58,776 nt of DNA, taken from assembly GCA_038062165.1 (NCBI GenBank), contig JBBTXQ010000018.1, positions 1-58,776 on the forward strand, read 5' to 3'. Below the pieces are notes generated by a model. It did not search any database. It saw only the letters and a program-made list of their open reading frames with translations, and was not told the DNA's origin. A program made the position numbers and the translations under genes. Below, in pieces: positions 15,328-24,425 of the stretch. Positions within the stretch are counted from its first letter, which is position 1, and the number at the start of each line of letters is the position of its first letter. This DNA is from Patescibacteria group bacterium (GTDB lineage Bacteria; Patescibacteriota; Minisyncoccia; Phycocordibacterales; DATDSR01).

Positions 15328-15915
15328 ATGGAAAACGATACAACAAAAATTATTCCCGCAATTCCTGAGACAGAATTAGTCCCAGAGACAGAAAAGAAAG
15401 CCAAAAAGACTTTCTCTTTTGTGGGCAAAGAGCGCGATAAACGCGGAGGTGGTAATAGAGGTGGCAGAGGCAAGCGCGAGCGCGCTCGTTCAGACATGGC
15501 CCAGAACATGATAAGCATCAGACGTGTAGCTCGCGTAGTTTCTGGCGGACGCAGATTTTCATTCTCTGTTACGATGGTAGTAGGAGATCGTAACGGTAAA
15601 GTGGGAGTGGGCATGGGCAAGGCGGGCGACACAACCCTTGCTATTGATAAGGCTATCAAACATGCCAAGAAGCACATGATCAGTGTGCCCATGACCAAAA
15701 GTAAAAGCATAACAAGAGAGACTAGCGCTAAGTTCTCTTCATGTAGAGTTTATATTCAACCAGCGCCGGGTAGAGGTCTCTCGGCTGGTGGCTCGGTGCG
15801 AACTGTTCTTGATTTGGCTGGTCTTACCGACGTGAATGCCAAAGTGCTTTCACGTAGCAAGAACAGATTCAATAATGCCAAAGCGGCAATTTTGGCTTTA
15901 AGCAAATTAAGATAA
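15328..15915 (+). CDS. rpsE: 30S ribosomal protein S5 with an N-terminal extension of about 50 aa
   Basis: ISIRRVARVVSGGRRFSFSVTMVVGDRNGKVGVGMGKA...SAGGSVRTVLDLAGL. Confidence 0.9.
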   Translation: MENDTTKIIPAIPETELVPETEKKAKKTFSFVGKERDKRGGGNRGGRGKRERARSDMAQNMISIRRVARVVSGGRRFSFSVTMVVGDRNGKVGVGMGKAGDTTLAIDKAIKHAKKHMISVPMTKSKSITRETSAKFSSCRVYIQPAPGRGLSAGGSVRTVLDLAGLTDVNAKVLSRSKNRFNNAKAAILALSKLR

Positions 15916-15937
15916 CTTTTAAATTTCGATTTCTAAA

Positions 15938-16339
15938 ATGCAATTACATAACTTAAAATCTAAAACCAAGCGCAAATTCGGCAAGACTGTCGGCCGAGGT
16001 GGTAAGCGTGGCAAAACTTCCGGCAAGGGAGGCAAGGGTCAAACGGCTCGTGCTGGTCACAGAGTCCGTCCCGAAGTGCGCGATGTAATCAAGAAGTTGC
16101 CCAAACTGCGTGGCTATCGCCAGAAGAGTTTAAATAAGCTCGCCAGTGTCATAAACGTTGGCGACTTAGAGAAGCGCTTCGAATCTGGCGCAGTTTTGAA
16201 TCCCAAAGTTCTTGGTCTGAAGGGAAAGGTTAAAATTCTCGGTGACGGTGAATTAACCAAGAAATTCATTATCGAGAATTGTTTTGTTTCAGAAAGTGCA
16301 AAAAATAAGATAGAAAAAGCTGGTGGTACGATTAACTAA
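15938..16339 (+). CDS. rplO: 50S ribosomal protein L15
   Basis: GRGGKRGKTSGKGGKGQTARAGH. It follows rpsE directly, with no rpmD (L30) between them. Confidence 0.9.
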   Translation: MQLHNLKSKTKRKFGKTVGRGGKRGKTSGKGGKGQTARAGHRVRPEVRDVIKKLPKLRGYRQKSLNKLASVINVGDLEKRFESGAVLNPKVLGLKGKVKILGDGELTKKFIIENCFVSESAKNKIEKAGGTIN

Positions 16340-16355
16340 TCCACGTAACTAATTT

Positions 16356-17627
16356 ATGAAAACTTTTGTAGAAAAATTAAGCTTACTCTTCTCGGACAAA
16401 AGCTTGCGCAAGCGCATACTCTTTGTTTTGGGTGCTCTTATTATTTTCCGTGCTCTTGCCGCTATTCCATTACCAGGGGTATCAGTTGGTTCACTTTCCA
16501 ATTTCCTTTCCAACAATCAATTTTTAGGGCTACTCAACATTTTCTCCGGTGGTGGTTTGGCCAATCTTTCGATTGTTATGCTGGGTGTGGGCCCTTACAT
16601 TACGGCCACGATCATCATGCAACTTTTAACTATGGTTTTCCCCAGGCTCAAAGAGATGTATCACGAAGAGGGTGAACTTGGTCGCAAGAAGTTTTCGCAG
16701 TACTCACGTATGCTGGCTGTGCCACTCGGCATTCTTCAAGGATTGGGTCTTATGGCCCTTTTGACTAGTCAGAACATTTTAGAGCCTATGCAAGGTTTCG
16801 AAAAAGTTGTAAGCCTTATTGTAATTACAGCTGGTTCGATCTTACTTATGTGGCTCGGTGAGCTTATTAATGAATTTGGCATTGGCAACGGTGTTTCCAT
16901 TATTATTTTCTCGGGTATTGTGGCCAGTATCCCCACATCAATTGCCAGAGCACTGTTCACTTTCGAGATTAGTCAATTACCAGTCTATCTCTTATTTTTA
17001 ATTATTGCTGTTTTGATAGTAGCTGGTGTAGTGCTCGTAACAGAAGCTGAACGGCCTATCCCTGTGACCTATGCCAAACGAGTGCGAGGCATGAAGATGT
17101 ACGGTGGCCAATCTACTTACCTGCCACTGCGCCTTAATCAAGCGGGCGTGATTCCTATTATCTTCGCGCTATCTATCCTACTTTTCCCTCAAATGATCAC
17201 TAATCTATTATCTGGATCAGGCAACGCGATTATTCAAAAAGTTTCAGGTCTTGCCAATACTATTCTTCAGAACCAACTTGTCTATGGCATTTTGTATTTT
17301 ATTCTTGTTTTCGTTTTCACGTATTTCTACACAGCTATTACTTTTGATCCACACGCAACTTCAGAGAACCTTCAAAAGTCCGGCGCGTTTATCCCCGGCA
17401 CTCGTCCAGGCGCTTCTACCACCGAGCATCTTTCGCAAATAGTTACTCGCCTCACGACTTTCGGCGCCCTATTTTTGGGCATCATCGCCGTCTTGCCAAT
17501 TGTTATGCAAAGCGTTACGGGGATCACAAGTCTCGCTATTGGTGGCACCGGACTGCTAATTGTTGTCTCGGTAGTCATAGATCTAATCAAACAATTAAAC
17601 GCCCAACTCTCCGTCCGCGAGTATTAA
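16356..17627 (+). CDS. secY: Preprotein translocase subunit SecY
   Basis: Ten-helix membrane protein with LGVGPYITATIIMQLL and GGTGLLIVVSVVID motifs. Confidence 0.95.
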   Translation: MKTFVEKLSLLFSDKSLRKRILFVLGALIIFRALAAIPLPGVSVGSLSNFLSNNQFLGLLNIFSGGGLANLSIVMLGVGPYITATIIMQLLTMVFPRLKEMYHEEGELGRKKFSQYSRMLAVPLGILQGLGLMALLTSQNILEPMQGFEKVVSLIVITAGSILLMWLGELINEFGIGNGVSIIIFSGIVASIPTSIARALFTFEISQLPVYLLFLIIAVLIVAGVVLVTEAERPIPVTYAKRVRGMKMYGGQSTYLPLRLNQAGVIPIIFALSILLFPQMITNLLSGSGNAIIQKVSGLANTILQNQLVYGILYFILVFVFTYFYTAITFDPHATSENLQKSGAFIPGTRPGASTTEHLSQIVTRLTTFGALFLGIIAVLPIVMQSVTGITSLAIGGTGLLIVVSVVIDLIKQLNAQLSVREY

Positions 17628-17649
17628 CAGCTAACAAGCGAAGAAGCTA

Positions 17650-18237
17650 ATGCAGCTGGGAACCTACATCATTATTGGTCGGTCGGGGTCAGGTAAGGGG
17701 ACACAAGCTAAGCTCTTGATTGAAGAGATTAAGAGGCGTGACCAGGAACACGGTGTTTTTTATCTCGAATCGGGGGACGGCTTTAGGCAGTTACTCACGG
17801 ACGATAATTTAACGGCGGAACTTGCTCGTCAGATTAGTGATGCAGGTCAGTTACAGCCGGCATTCTTGGCTATACATGTTTGGTCACACTTATTTATTTC
17901 AAACATGAAGAGCAACGAGCACTTGGTGATAGATGGTACACCTAGGAAATTAAACGAGGCGAGAATTTTGGCGGGCGCATTGCGATTCTACGGCAGAATC
18001 AAACCGACAGTTATATATGTTGATGTTTCGCGCAAGTGGGCTACAGAACGACTCCTTGCCAGGCATCGCAGTGATGACGAGATCAAAAATGTTGAGGGCA
18101 GATTAAACTGGTTCGATACTGACGTGTTGCCGGCCATAGAATATTTCCGCGACGAACAAGACTTCCGAGTGATTGATATTAATGGCGAGCAAGAGATTGA
18201 AAAAGTTCACAATGAAATCATCAGTAAAATCTTCTAG
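17650..18237 (+). CDS. adk: Adenylate kinase (short form)
   Basis: P-loop IIGRSGSGKGTQAKLL and LVIDGTPRKLNEA, in the position after secY. Confidence 0.85.
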   Translation: MQLGTYIIIGRSGSGKGTQAKLLIEEIKRRDQEHGVFYLESGDGFRQLLTDDNLTAELARQISDAGQLQPAFLAIHVWSHLFISNMKSNEHLVIDGTPRKLNEARILAGALRFYGRIKPTVIYVDVSRKWATERLLARHRSDDEIKNVEGRLNWFDTDVLPAIEYFRDEQDFRVIDINGEQEIEKVHNEIISKIF

Positions 18238-19012
18238 AGAAATCGAAATAATGCGTGAGGGAGGTAGACGTCTCTCAAATATTTTGCGTACTGTAAGCGA
18301 GCGAGTTGTGTCGGGTGTGCGTGCAGACGAGCTTAACGAGCTGGCCGAGAGCTTGATTAGAGCGGGGGGTGATCGGCCAGCCTTCTTGCATTATAAGCCA
18401 GATTTTGCCAGTAAGCCATTCCCTGCCACTTTGTGTGTCTCTGTGAATGATGAGATAGTGCACGGTATCCCCTCCGACCGCGTTTTAAAAGAAGAAGATA
18501 TTGTGGGCCTTGATTTGGGACTCGAACACGAAGGTCTTTTTACTGACATGGCCGTAACGGTTGCAATTGGCAAAATAAGTGATGCAGATAATAAACTTAT
18601 GCAAATAACTCGAGAAGCGCTTACGAGTGCCATTGCCGTAGTGAAAGGGGGAGTGCCTGTTGGGGAGATTGGCAAGGCGATAGACAAAGTAGTGCGACCG
18701 GCAGGCTTCGCCATAGTTACTGAACTCGGAGGCCATGGTGTGGGGCACGCTATCCACGAGCCACCATTCATTTCTCACAGTGCTCAACCAGACAAATCAG
18801 GCAACACGGGAAATAATAAGGGTGAGAAATTAGAAATAGGCCAAACAATTGCAATAGAACCAATGATCAACGCCGGTGGGCCTGATGTAATCTTCGACGA
18901 AAAAGATGGCTACACAGTTCGTACTGCCGACAAAAGCAACAGCGCCCACTACGAAGTGACATTGGCTATAACCGAAAAAGGAGCAGATGTCCTAACCCCC
19001 ATTTTCTGGTAA
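18212..19012 (+). CDS. map: Type I methionine aminopeptidase
   Basis: REIEIMREGG...VCVSVNDEIVHGIP...GHGVGHAIHEPP...IAIEPM...HYEVTLAI. Confidence 0.9.
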   Translation: MKSSVKSSREIEIMREGGRRLSNILRTVSERVVSGVRADELNELAESLIRAGGDRPAFLHYKPDFASKPFPATLCVSVNDEIVHGIPSDRVLKEEDIVGLDLGLEHEGLFTDMAVTVAIGKISDADNKLMQITREALTSAIAVVKGGVPVGEIGKAIDKVVRPAGFAIVTELGGHGVGHAIHEPPFISHSAQPDKSGNTGNNKGEKLEIGQTIAIEPMINAGGPDVIFDEKDGYTVRTADKSNSAHYEVTLAITEKGADVLTPIFW

Positions 19013-19023
19013 TATAGTTGCCT

Positions 19024-19503
19024 ATGCATAGCACAAAGTACGAACGATCGCTGATTATTGTTAAGCCGGATGCCATACAGCGCCGGCTCCTGGGGGAGAT
19101 TATTCATCGTTTTGAACGTAAGGGGTTGGATATTGTAGGGATGAAGATGATGGAACTTGGGGATGTGCTATTGGACGAACATTATGCTCATCACAAGGAC
19201 AAAGCTTTTTTCCCTAAATTGAAGAAATATATGCAATCTGCTCCTGTTGTGCTTATGGCTATTGCTGGAGTGGATGCTGTGGCCACAGTGCGCCTTATTG
19301 TGGGACCTACTAAGTCGCGAGAGGCGTCAGCGGGAACAATCAGAGGAGACTTCGCCATGAGTGTCCAGACTAATATAGTTCACGCCTCTGATACTCGAGA
19401 GAGTGCCGAGAAAGAAATTAAGCGATTTTTTGATGAAAGCGAGCTTTGTGAGCGCCCAAGGCATGATTTGCCTTATATATACTCGCCTGACGAGCTGGAA
19501 TAA
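19024..19503 (+). CDS. ndk: Nucleoside-diphosphate kinase
   Basis: ERSLIIVKPDAIQRRLLGEIIHRFERKGL...GTIRGDFA...NIVHASD. Confidence 0.9.
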   Translation: MHSTKYERSLIIVKPDAIQRRLLGEIIHRFERKGLDIVGMKMMELGDVLLDEHYAHHKDKAFFPKLKKYMQSAPVVLMAIAGVDAVATVRLIVGPTKSREASAGTIRGDFAMSVQTNIVHASDTRESAEKEIKRFFDESELCERPRHDLPYIYSPDELE

Positions 19504-19654
19504 AAGTAGACGAATAAGGGCTCGACCGACCCGAAGGGGACCTTCGGGTTTAGGGGAAAGATTGTGGAAAAGTCGTGGATGAATTGGCTTAATTGTGGCT
19601 CAAAAGTTTTTCTAATTCCTTGACATTATGTATGCGGGTTCTAACATTATATGT

Positions 19655-19822
19655 AGGACTACTTATTGCCAACTAGCTGCCACGTTCAGGGCTCGCCCGT
19701 TAATAAATAGTCGCAGGTTCTCTACACGAGACCGCGCAGGGTGCCCACCTAGTGATTTGCTAGGTTCTGGCTTATAAGTAGCCCTAAGCAAGCCGCCACC
19801 GCAAGGTGGTTGTTTGCTTTTC
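19655..19822 (+). ncRNA. Candidate structured sRNA: a roughly 130-nt rod-like hairpin plus a terminator
   Basis: TTGACA at 19620-19625 with an A/T-rich -10 region. AGGACUACUUAU (19655-66) pairs with AUAAGUAGCCCU (19774-85). Further inward pairings are CUAGC/GCUAG, CAC/GUG, GGGC/GCCC and an apical GGUUCUC/GAGACC. A hairpin with a T-run lies at 19786-19822. Confidence 0.3.
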
Positions 19823-19842
19823 GTGCTATTATTTACTAGCAA

Positions 19843-21225
19843 ATGACCCGCGATACGGTCAAAATTCATTTTTTTGGGGGGGCCGGTGATGTGACCGGTT
19901 CTAATTTTCTTATTGAGACAACTAAGTTACCCAAAAATATAAAAATTTTGGTTGACTGTGGTATGTTTCAAGGCTCTAAGATATGTGACGAGAAAAATCG
20001 CCAAGCTTTTCCCTACGATCCTGCTCAAATAGATTACTTAATGGTTACGCACTCTCACATAGATCACGTGGGCAGGATTCCCAAATTAGCGCGCGACGGA
20101 TTCCGAGGCAAAATAATTTCTACCCCGCCCACTAAGGAGTTGGCCGAGGCTATGCTAATTGATAGTCTGGGCGTGCTCGAAAAAGAGGCTCGTCACGAAG
20201 GCTTGCCGCCCTTTTACGACGAAAGTAATGTAATGAGTGCAATGAGCTTGTGGCAGACACTCAACTATCACGAGGTACTAAATATCGGGCCGATTGGTAT
20301 AACTTTGCGCGATGCGGGTCACGTGTTGGGATCAGCCATGATCGAGTTCCATTATAATGGCAAAAAAATAGTGTTCACGGGCGACTTGGGCAACACGCCC
20401 ACACCCTTATTGCGCGATACGGAAGTAATCAGTGATGCTAATGTGCTCTTGATAGAGAGCGTGTACGGCGATCGCAATCACGAGACGCAAGTAGAACGCA
20501 AGCGCAAACTCGAAAGCGTGATAGAAGATACATTCAAGAAGCGGGGCACGCTTATGATCCCGGCATTTTCACTCGAACGCACACAAGAGATCTTGTACGA
20601 AATAGAGCGCATGATGGAACAGGATCGCATCCCGCTTATTCCAGTTTATGTAGATTCGCCACTTGCCATTAAAGTGACTGATATTTATAAAAAATATGAA
20701 AGTGAATACTTTAATAAAGATGTGAAATATATTATGAATTCAAGCAACGAGATTTTCTCATTCCCACAATTGCAATTTACTCACAGCACTGATGATTCGC
20801 GCGCGATCGACAAATCGCCTCTGCCCAAGATTGTGATAGCCGGATCGGGGATGAGTAATGGCGGTAGGATCTTGCATCATGAGAAGCGTTTCTTGCCCGA
20901 TAAGAACAGCACGCTCTTACTGGTTGGTTACCAAGCATTTGGCACACTGGGCCGACGTTTACAAGAAGGACAGAAGCGAGTGCGCATTATGGGTGAAGAG
21001 GTAGACGTGCGAGCAAGGGTAGAAACAATAGGTGGATACAGCGCACACAAAGATTCCGATGCACTTCTCGAGTTCGTCGCTTCAAACACTGACACACTCG
21101 AGCATGTGTACACGATTCTAGGCGAGCCAAAGTCGAGCATGTTCTTGGCCCAGAGAATAAGAGATTATCTGGGAATAAGAGCAACAGCGCCAGCCACGGG
21201 CGAAGTCGTCGAAATAGAAGTGTGA
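19843..21225 (+). CDS. MBL-fold beta-CASP family RNA-metabolising hydrolase (RNase J/CPSF-like)
   Basis: VTHSHIDHVGRIP metallo-beta-lactamase motif, beta-CASP middle part and a C-terminal GGYSAHKD motif. Confidence 0.85.
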   Translation: MTRDTVKIHFFGGAGDVTGSNFLIETTKLPKNIKILVDCGMFQGSKICDEKNRQAFPYDPAQIDYLMVTHSHIDHVGRIPKLARDGFRGKIISTPPTKELAEAMLIDSLGVLEKEARHEGLPPFYDESNVMSAMSLWQTLNYHEVLNIGPIGITLRDAGHVLGSAMIEFHYNGKKIVFTGDLGNTPTPLLRDTEVISDANVLLIESVYGDRNHETQVERKRKLESVIEDTFKKRGTLMIPAFSLERTQEILYEIERMMEQDRIPLIPVYVDSPLAIKVTDIYKKYESEYFNKDVKYIMNSSNEIFSFPQLQFTHSTDDSRAIDKSPLPKIVIAGSGMSNGGRILHHEKRFLPDKNSTLLLVGYQAFGTLGRRLQEGQKRVRIMGEEVDVRARVETIGGYSAHKDSDALLEFVASNTDTLEHVYTILGEPKSSMFLAQRIRDYLGIRATAPATGEVVEIEV

Positions 21226-21229
21226 GATT

Positions 21230-21265
21230 AATGATGAAATGTTAAAATTTGCAATTTGCAAACAA
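21230..21265 (+). repeat. Left 36-bp terminal inverted repeat of a 1.07-kb two-gene element
   Basis: aatgatgaaatgttaaaatttgcaatttgcaaacaa matches the reverse complement of 22268-22303 at 35 of 36 positions. Confidence 0.8.
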
Positions 21266-21288
21266 TGATTTGGGGAAAATGAGACAAT

Positions 21289-21816
21289 GTGCAAATGGGC
21301 AATTTGAAAACAATGAACGAAATGAAAAAATTGCAGAAACAAAATGTTGGCAACGCCGGGGAATATTACATAGCCGCTAGACTTTCGGCGCTCGATTTTA
21401 CAGCAACTATCACACTTGGGCGAGCTGAAAAATACGATATACTGGCGCTAAGTCCAACAGGTAGATTGGTAAAAATTTCCGTTAAGACAACTCAGATTAA
21501 CAATGCGACCAATTTTCCTTTGTCAGCCAAGGATGAGAAAGGTGAGGCGGATGATTTTTATTACGTATTCGTAAAGCTTTACAATTTTGGCAAAGAGCCC
21601 GACTTCTGGGTCATACCAAGCATAGTGGTTTGCCCAATTGTGAAACAATCTGACGAGATTTGGCTAAAAACTCCCGGAAGAAATAACTCGGAACATAAAA
21701 TGACGACAATGAGAATATTGCCGATTGAAACAAGAGGAGGAGAAGTACAACTGTTTCCAAGAAACTGGAACGAGGAAATTAAGAAATATTATAAAAACCT
21801 AGATCAATTATTATAG
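21289..21816 (+). CDS. Hypothetical protein, PD-(D/E)xK (Hjc/restriction-endonuclease-like) fold suspected
   Basis: GNAGEYYIAARL...EKYDILALSPTGRLVKISVKT fits an E...D...(S/E)xK nuclease core. The start is uncertain (GTG 21289 or ATG 21295). Confidence 0.55.
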   Translation: MQMGNLKTMNEMKKLQKQNVGNAGEYYIAARLSALDFTATITLGRAEKYDILALSPTGRLVKISVKTTQINNATNFPLSAKDEKGEADDFYYVFVKLYNFGKEPDFWVIPSIVVCPIVKQSDEIWLKTPGRNNSEHKMTTMRILPIETRGGEVQLFPRNWNEEIKKYYKNLDQLL

Positions 21817-21822
21817 CCTCCA

Positions 21823-22194
21823 ATGACCTATGATTTGGAAGAACGTACCAGGAAGTTTAGCAAGGCGGTGATTGAATGTTTGCGGAGTTTGCCGAAAGAT
21901 CAGATTAATCTCCCGCTCGTGAGTCAGTGTGTGCGGGCCGCTACTAGTGTTGGTGCGAATTATCGAGAGGCGAATGCTGCCAGTTCAAAAAAGGACTTTA
22001 AGAACAAGATTGCTATTTGTCGCAAAGAAATTCGTGAGACAAAATATTGGTTTGAACTCTTGTCTGACGCAAATCCTAAGGAAAAGGTAACACTAGACAA
22101 ATTATATGACGAAGCCCGTCAACTTGATTTAATCTTCAATAAAATCTATAGTTCTGTAGGTGGATTTGAGAGATTTGATAATCCACCTAAATGA
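21823..22194 (+). CDS. Four-helix-bundle protein (23S rRNA intervening-sequence protein / Avd-like family)
   Basis: DLEERTRKFSKAVIECLRSLP...CVRAATSVGANYREANAASSKKDFKNKIAICRKEIRETKYWFELL is typical of the TIGR02436-type family, as recalled from memory. Confidence 0.8.
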   Translation: MTYDLEERTRKFSKAVIECLRSLPKDQINLPLVSQCVRAATSVGANYREANAASSKKDFKNKIAICRKEIRETKYWFELLSDANPKEKVTLDKLYDEARQLDLIFNKIYSSVGGFERFDNPPK

Positions 22195-22267
22195 GCTAAT
22201 GAGAAATGTGCAATTTGCAAACAACGACTTTAATGAACAAAGTTTTTAAAAATTTATCATTTGCACC

Positions 22268-22303
22268 TTGTTTGCAAATTGCAAATTCTAACATTTCATC
22301 ATT
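22268..22303 (-). repeat. Right 36-bp terminal inverted repeat
   Basis: See 21230-21265. It ends on the base before the ATG of the next gene. An extra partial direct copy (atgtgcaatttgcaaacaa) lies at about 22206-22232. Confidence 0.8.
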
Positions 22304-22912
22304 ATGTCTGTAGACAGACATTCACATTTTAAGATTAAGATTGCTATTTCGGGCGCGGCCGAGACTGGCCACTTAACAGAATCTGCTACGCTTATGGCCG
22401 AAGAACTTGGCCGTGAGGTTGTGCGTCAAGGGGCTATTCTTGTCACGGGCGCTACCACAGGCATTCCACTTTGGGCCGCTAAGGGTGCAAAGGAAGAGGG
22501 CGGCACTTCGATAGGTATATCACCTGCTCTGGGCGAGCGCGAACATGTAGAGCAATACGGCTTGCCACTCGACTACATGGACCTGATTATGTTCACCGGG
22601 CAAGGTTATTCCGGACGCGATATTCTTATGACCCGCTCATCTGATGCCGTAATAATATGCGCAGGCAGGATTGGCACGATACACGAGTTCACTGTTGTGT
22701 TCGAGGATCACAAGCCTCTGGGGATTCTGGAAGGAGACTGGTCAACAGATGACATAATCAAAGAGATTATCGAGAAGAGTAATCGGGCAAATGAAGATAA
22801 GGACATAGTCTACGACTCTGATCCTAAAAAATTAGTTGAAAAAGTGATAAAGATGGTTAAAGAATCTAAAATAGAATATTACAAGGCACCTAAAGTTACT
22901 AAACTCAATTAA
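22304..22912 (+). CDS. TIGR00725/LOG-like Rossmann-fold protein
   Basis: KIAISGAA...AEELGREVVRQGAILVTGATTGIPLWAAKGAKEEGGTSIGISP...SDAVIICAGRIGT. Confidence 0.65.
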   Translation: MSVDRHSHFKIKIAISGAAETGHLTESATLMAEELGREVVRQGAILVTGATTGIPLWAAKGAKEEGGTSIGISPALGEREHVEQYGLPLDYMDLIMFTGQGYSGRDILMTRSSDAVIICAGRIGTIHEFTVVFEDHKPLGILEGDWSTDDIIKEIIEKSNRANEDKDIVYDSDPKKLVEKVIKMVKESKIEYYKAPKVTKLN

Positions 22913-22915
22913 TTG

Positions 22916-23692
22916 ATGAGTTTGAAACTGGCTAGCTGGAATGTGAATGGCCTGCGCGCAGTAGAGCGCAAGGGTCTATTCCGTCCTTTTCTTGTATCCT
23001 ACAAACCCGACATTGTCGCTCTGCAGGAAATCAAAGTAGATGAGAATTCGCACAAGAAGTCAGAAATAGATTTTCCCGGTTTCACAGAATATTACAATCA
23101 CGCTCGCAAACCTGGCTACTCGGGCACGGCAGTGCTTTTGCGGGAAGGCTTGCCCACACCCAAAGTAACATTAGGTATTGGGAAAGAGGAGTTTGATGGT
23201 GAAGGGCGAGTGATTACGCTAGAATTCGAGAAGTTCTATTTCGTCAACGCGTATTTCCCGCACACTCGTCACGATCTCTCAAGACTCATATTCAAACAAA
23301 AGTTTAACATCGCAATGTTTGCGTATATCAAAAAACTTGATAAGAAAAAGCCGGTTATTTTCACCGGGGACTACAATGTGGCTCACGAACCGATCGATCT
23401 AGCCCGGCCCAAAGATAATGACGGCAATCCCGGGTTTCACCCCCTAGAACGCAAGTGGGTGAGCAAATTTCTCAAAGCTGGATTCACTGACACATTCCGT
23501 AGTTTGCATCCCAAAGACGTGAAATATACGTGGTGGAGCATGCGCTTCGGCGCCCGTAAGCGCAACGTAGGCTGGCGCATAGACTATTTCTGCGTAAGCG
23601 AGCGCATCGCCAAGAAAGTAAAAAATGCCGCAATCCACGACCTGATATTAGGCTCGGATCACTGCCCGGTGACACTTGAGATCGACATATAA
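22916..23692 (+). CDS. xth: Exodeoxyribonuclease III
   Basis: LASWNVNGLRA...DIVALQEIK...FTGDYNVAHEPIDL...WWSMRFGARKRNVGWRIDYF...GSDHCPV. Confidence 0.9.
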   Translation: MSLKLASWNVNGLRAVERKGLFRPFLVSYKPDIVALQEIKVDENSHKKSEIDFPGFTEYYNHARKPGYSGTAVLLREGLPTPKVTLGIGKEEFDGEGRVITLEFEKFYFVNAYFPHTRHDLSRLIFKQKFNIAMFAYIKKLDKKKPVIFTGDYNVAHEPIDLARPKDNDGNPGFHPLERKWVSKFLKAGFTDTFRSLHPKDVKYTWWSMRFGARKRNVGWRIDYFCVSERIAKKVKNAAIHDLILGSDHCPVTLEIDI

Positions 23693-23709
23693 TTTGCAGA
23701 TGATACAAT

Positions 23710-23982
23710 ATGGACATGAGGGATCTAACTAAAGTTGATATGAGTGGCATATCTAAGAATGGTCAAAAGATTTATGCCAAGCTAAGCAAGGAGTACAAGC
23801 GTAAGAACAAAGGCAAGTACATTGCCGTCAATGTTAAAAATGGTGAGATTTTTAAGGCTGATAGAACTGCAGAGGCGGTACAGAAAGCTTTAAAAAAATA
23901 TCCAAACGAAGTCTTTTATGCCGTACGGGTGGGATATTCTGTTGTTGAAACTCTGGGTAGTTTCGGTGTCCGAATTGAATAA
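23710..23982 (+). CDS. DUF5678-like small protein (second copy of this type)
   Basis: KGKYIAVNVKNGEIFKADRTAEAVQKALKKYPNEVFYAVRVG has the same architecture as 8318-8548. Confidence 0.6.
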   Translation: MDMRDLTKVDMSGISKNGQKIYAKLSKEYKRKNKGKYIAVNVKNGEIFKADRTAEAVQKALKKYPNEVFYAVRVGYSVVETLGSFGVRIE

Positions 23983-24366
23983 ATGATTAGAGGTTATTTC
24001 GACAATAATAGACCTCACATTCCTTTGACTATTGGCTGGGGGCCGTCGGTAGAAGATACTTTCGTCCTGGTGGATACCGGTTTTAATGGTGAAATAAAGA
24101 TAACTCCTGAAAACGCAAAACGACTTGAGCTCAACATTACGCATGATGAGACAGTTGGTCTAGCAAATGGGCAGCGTGTCAGTATGTCAGCCGCACTAAT
24201 TTATGTAGACATGGGCGGATCAATTGGCGTTGTAAATGCGATCATTGCCCCAGGCGACACAGTTATAGGCGTTAACCTAATGAAAAAGTTCGCCTGCCTC
24301 CTTACCGCCAATTTCAAAACCTCAACCCTCCGCCTCAAACCACAACCTGCGAAACGAACCAGTTGA
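23983..24366 (+). CDS. Retropepsin-like (clan AA) aspartic protease (second copy)
   Basis: VLVDTGFNG catalytic motif and TVIGVNLMKKF. It starts on the base after the stop of the preceding small gene. Confidence 0.7.
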   Translation: MIRGYFDNNRPHIPLTIGWGPSVEDTFVLVDTGFNGEIKITPENAKRLELNITHDETVGLANGQRVSMSAALIYVDMGGSIGVVNAIIAPGDTVIGVNLMKKFACLLTANFKTSTLRLKPQPAKRTS

Positions 24367-24425
24367 TTGAGATTTAGCTACTTTTGAGTTATACTATCGT
24401 TGTTTAGCAGGTTAAGACCAAAATT

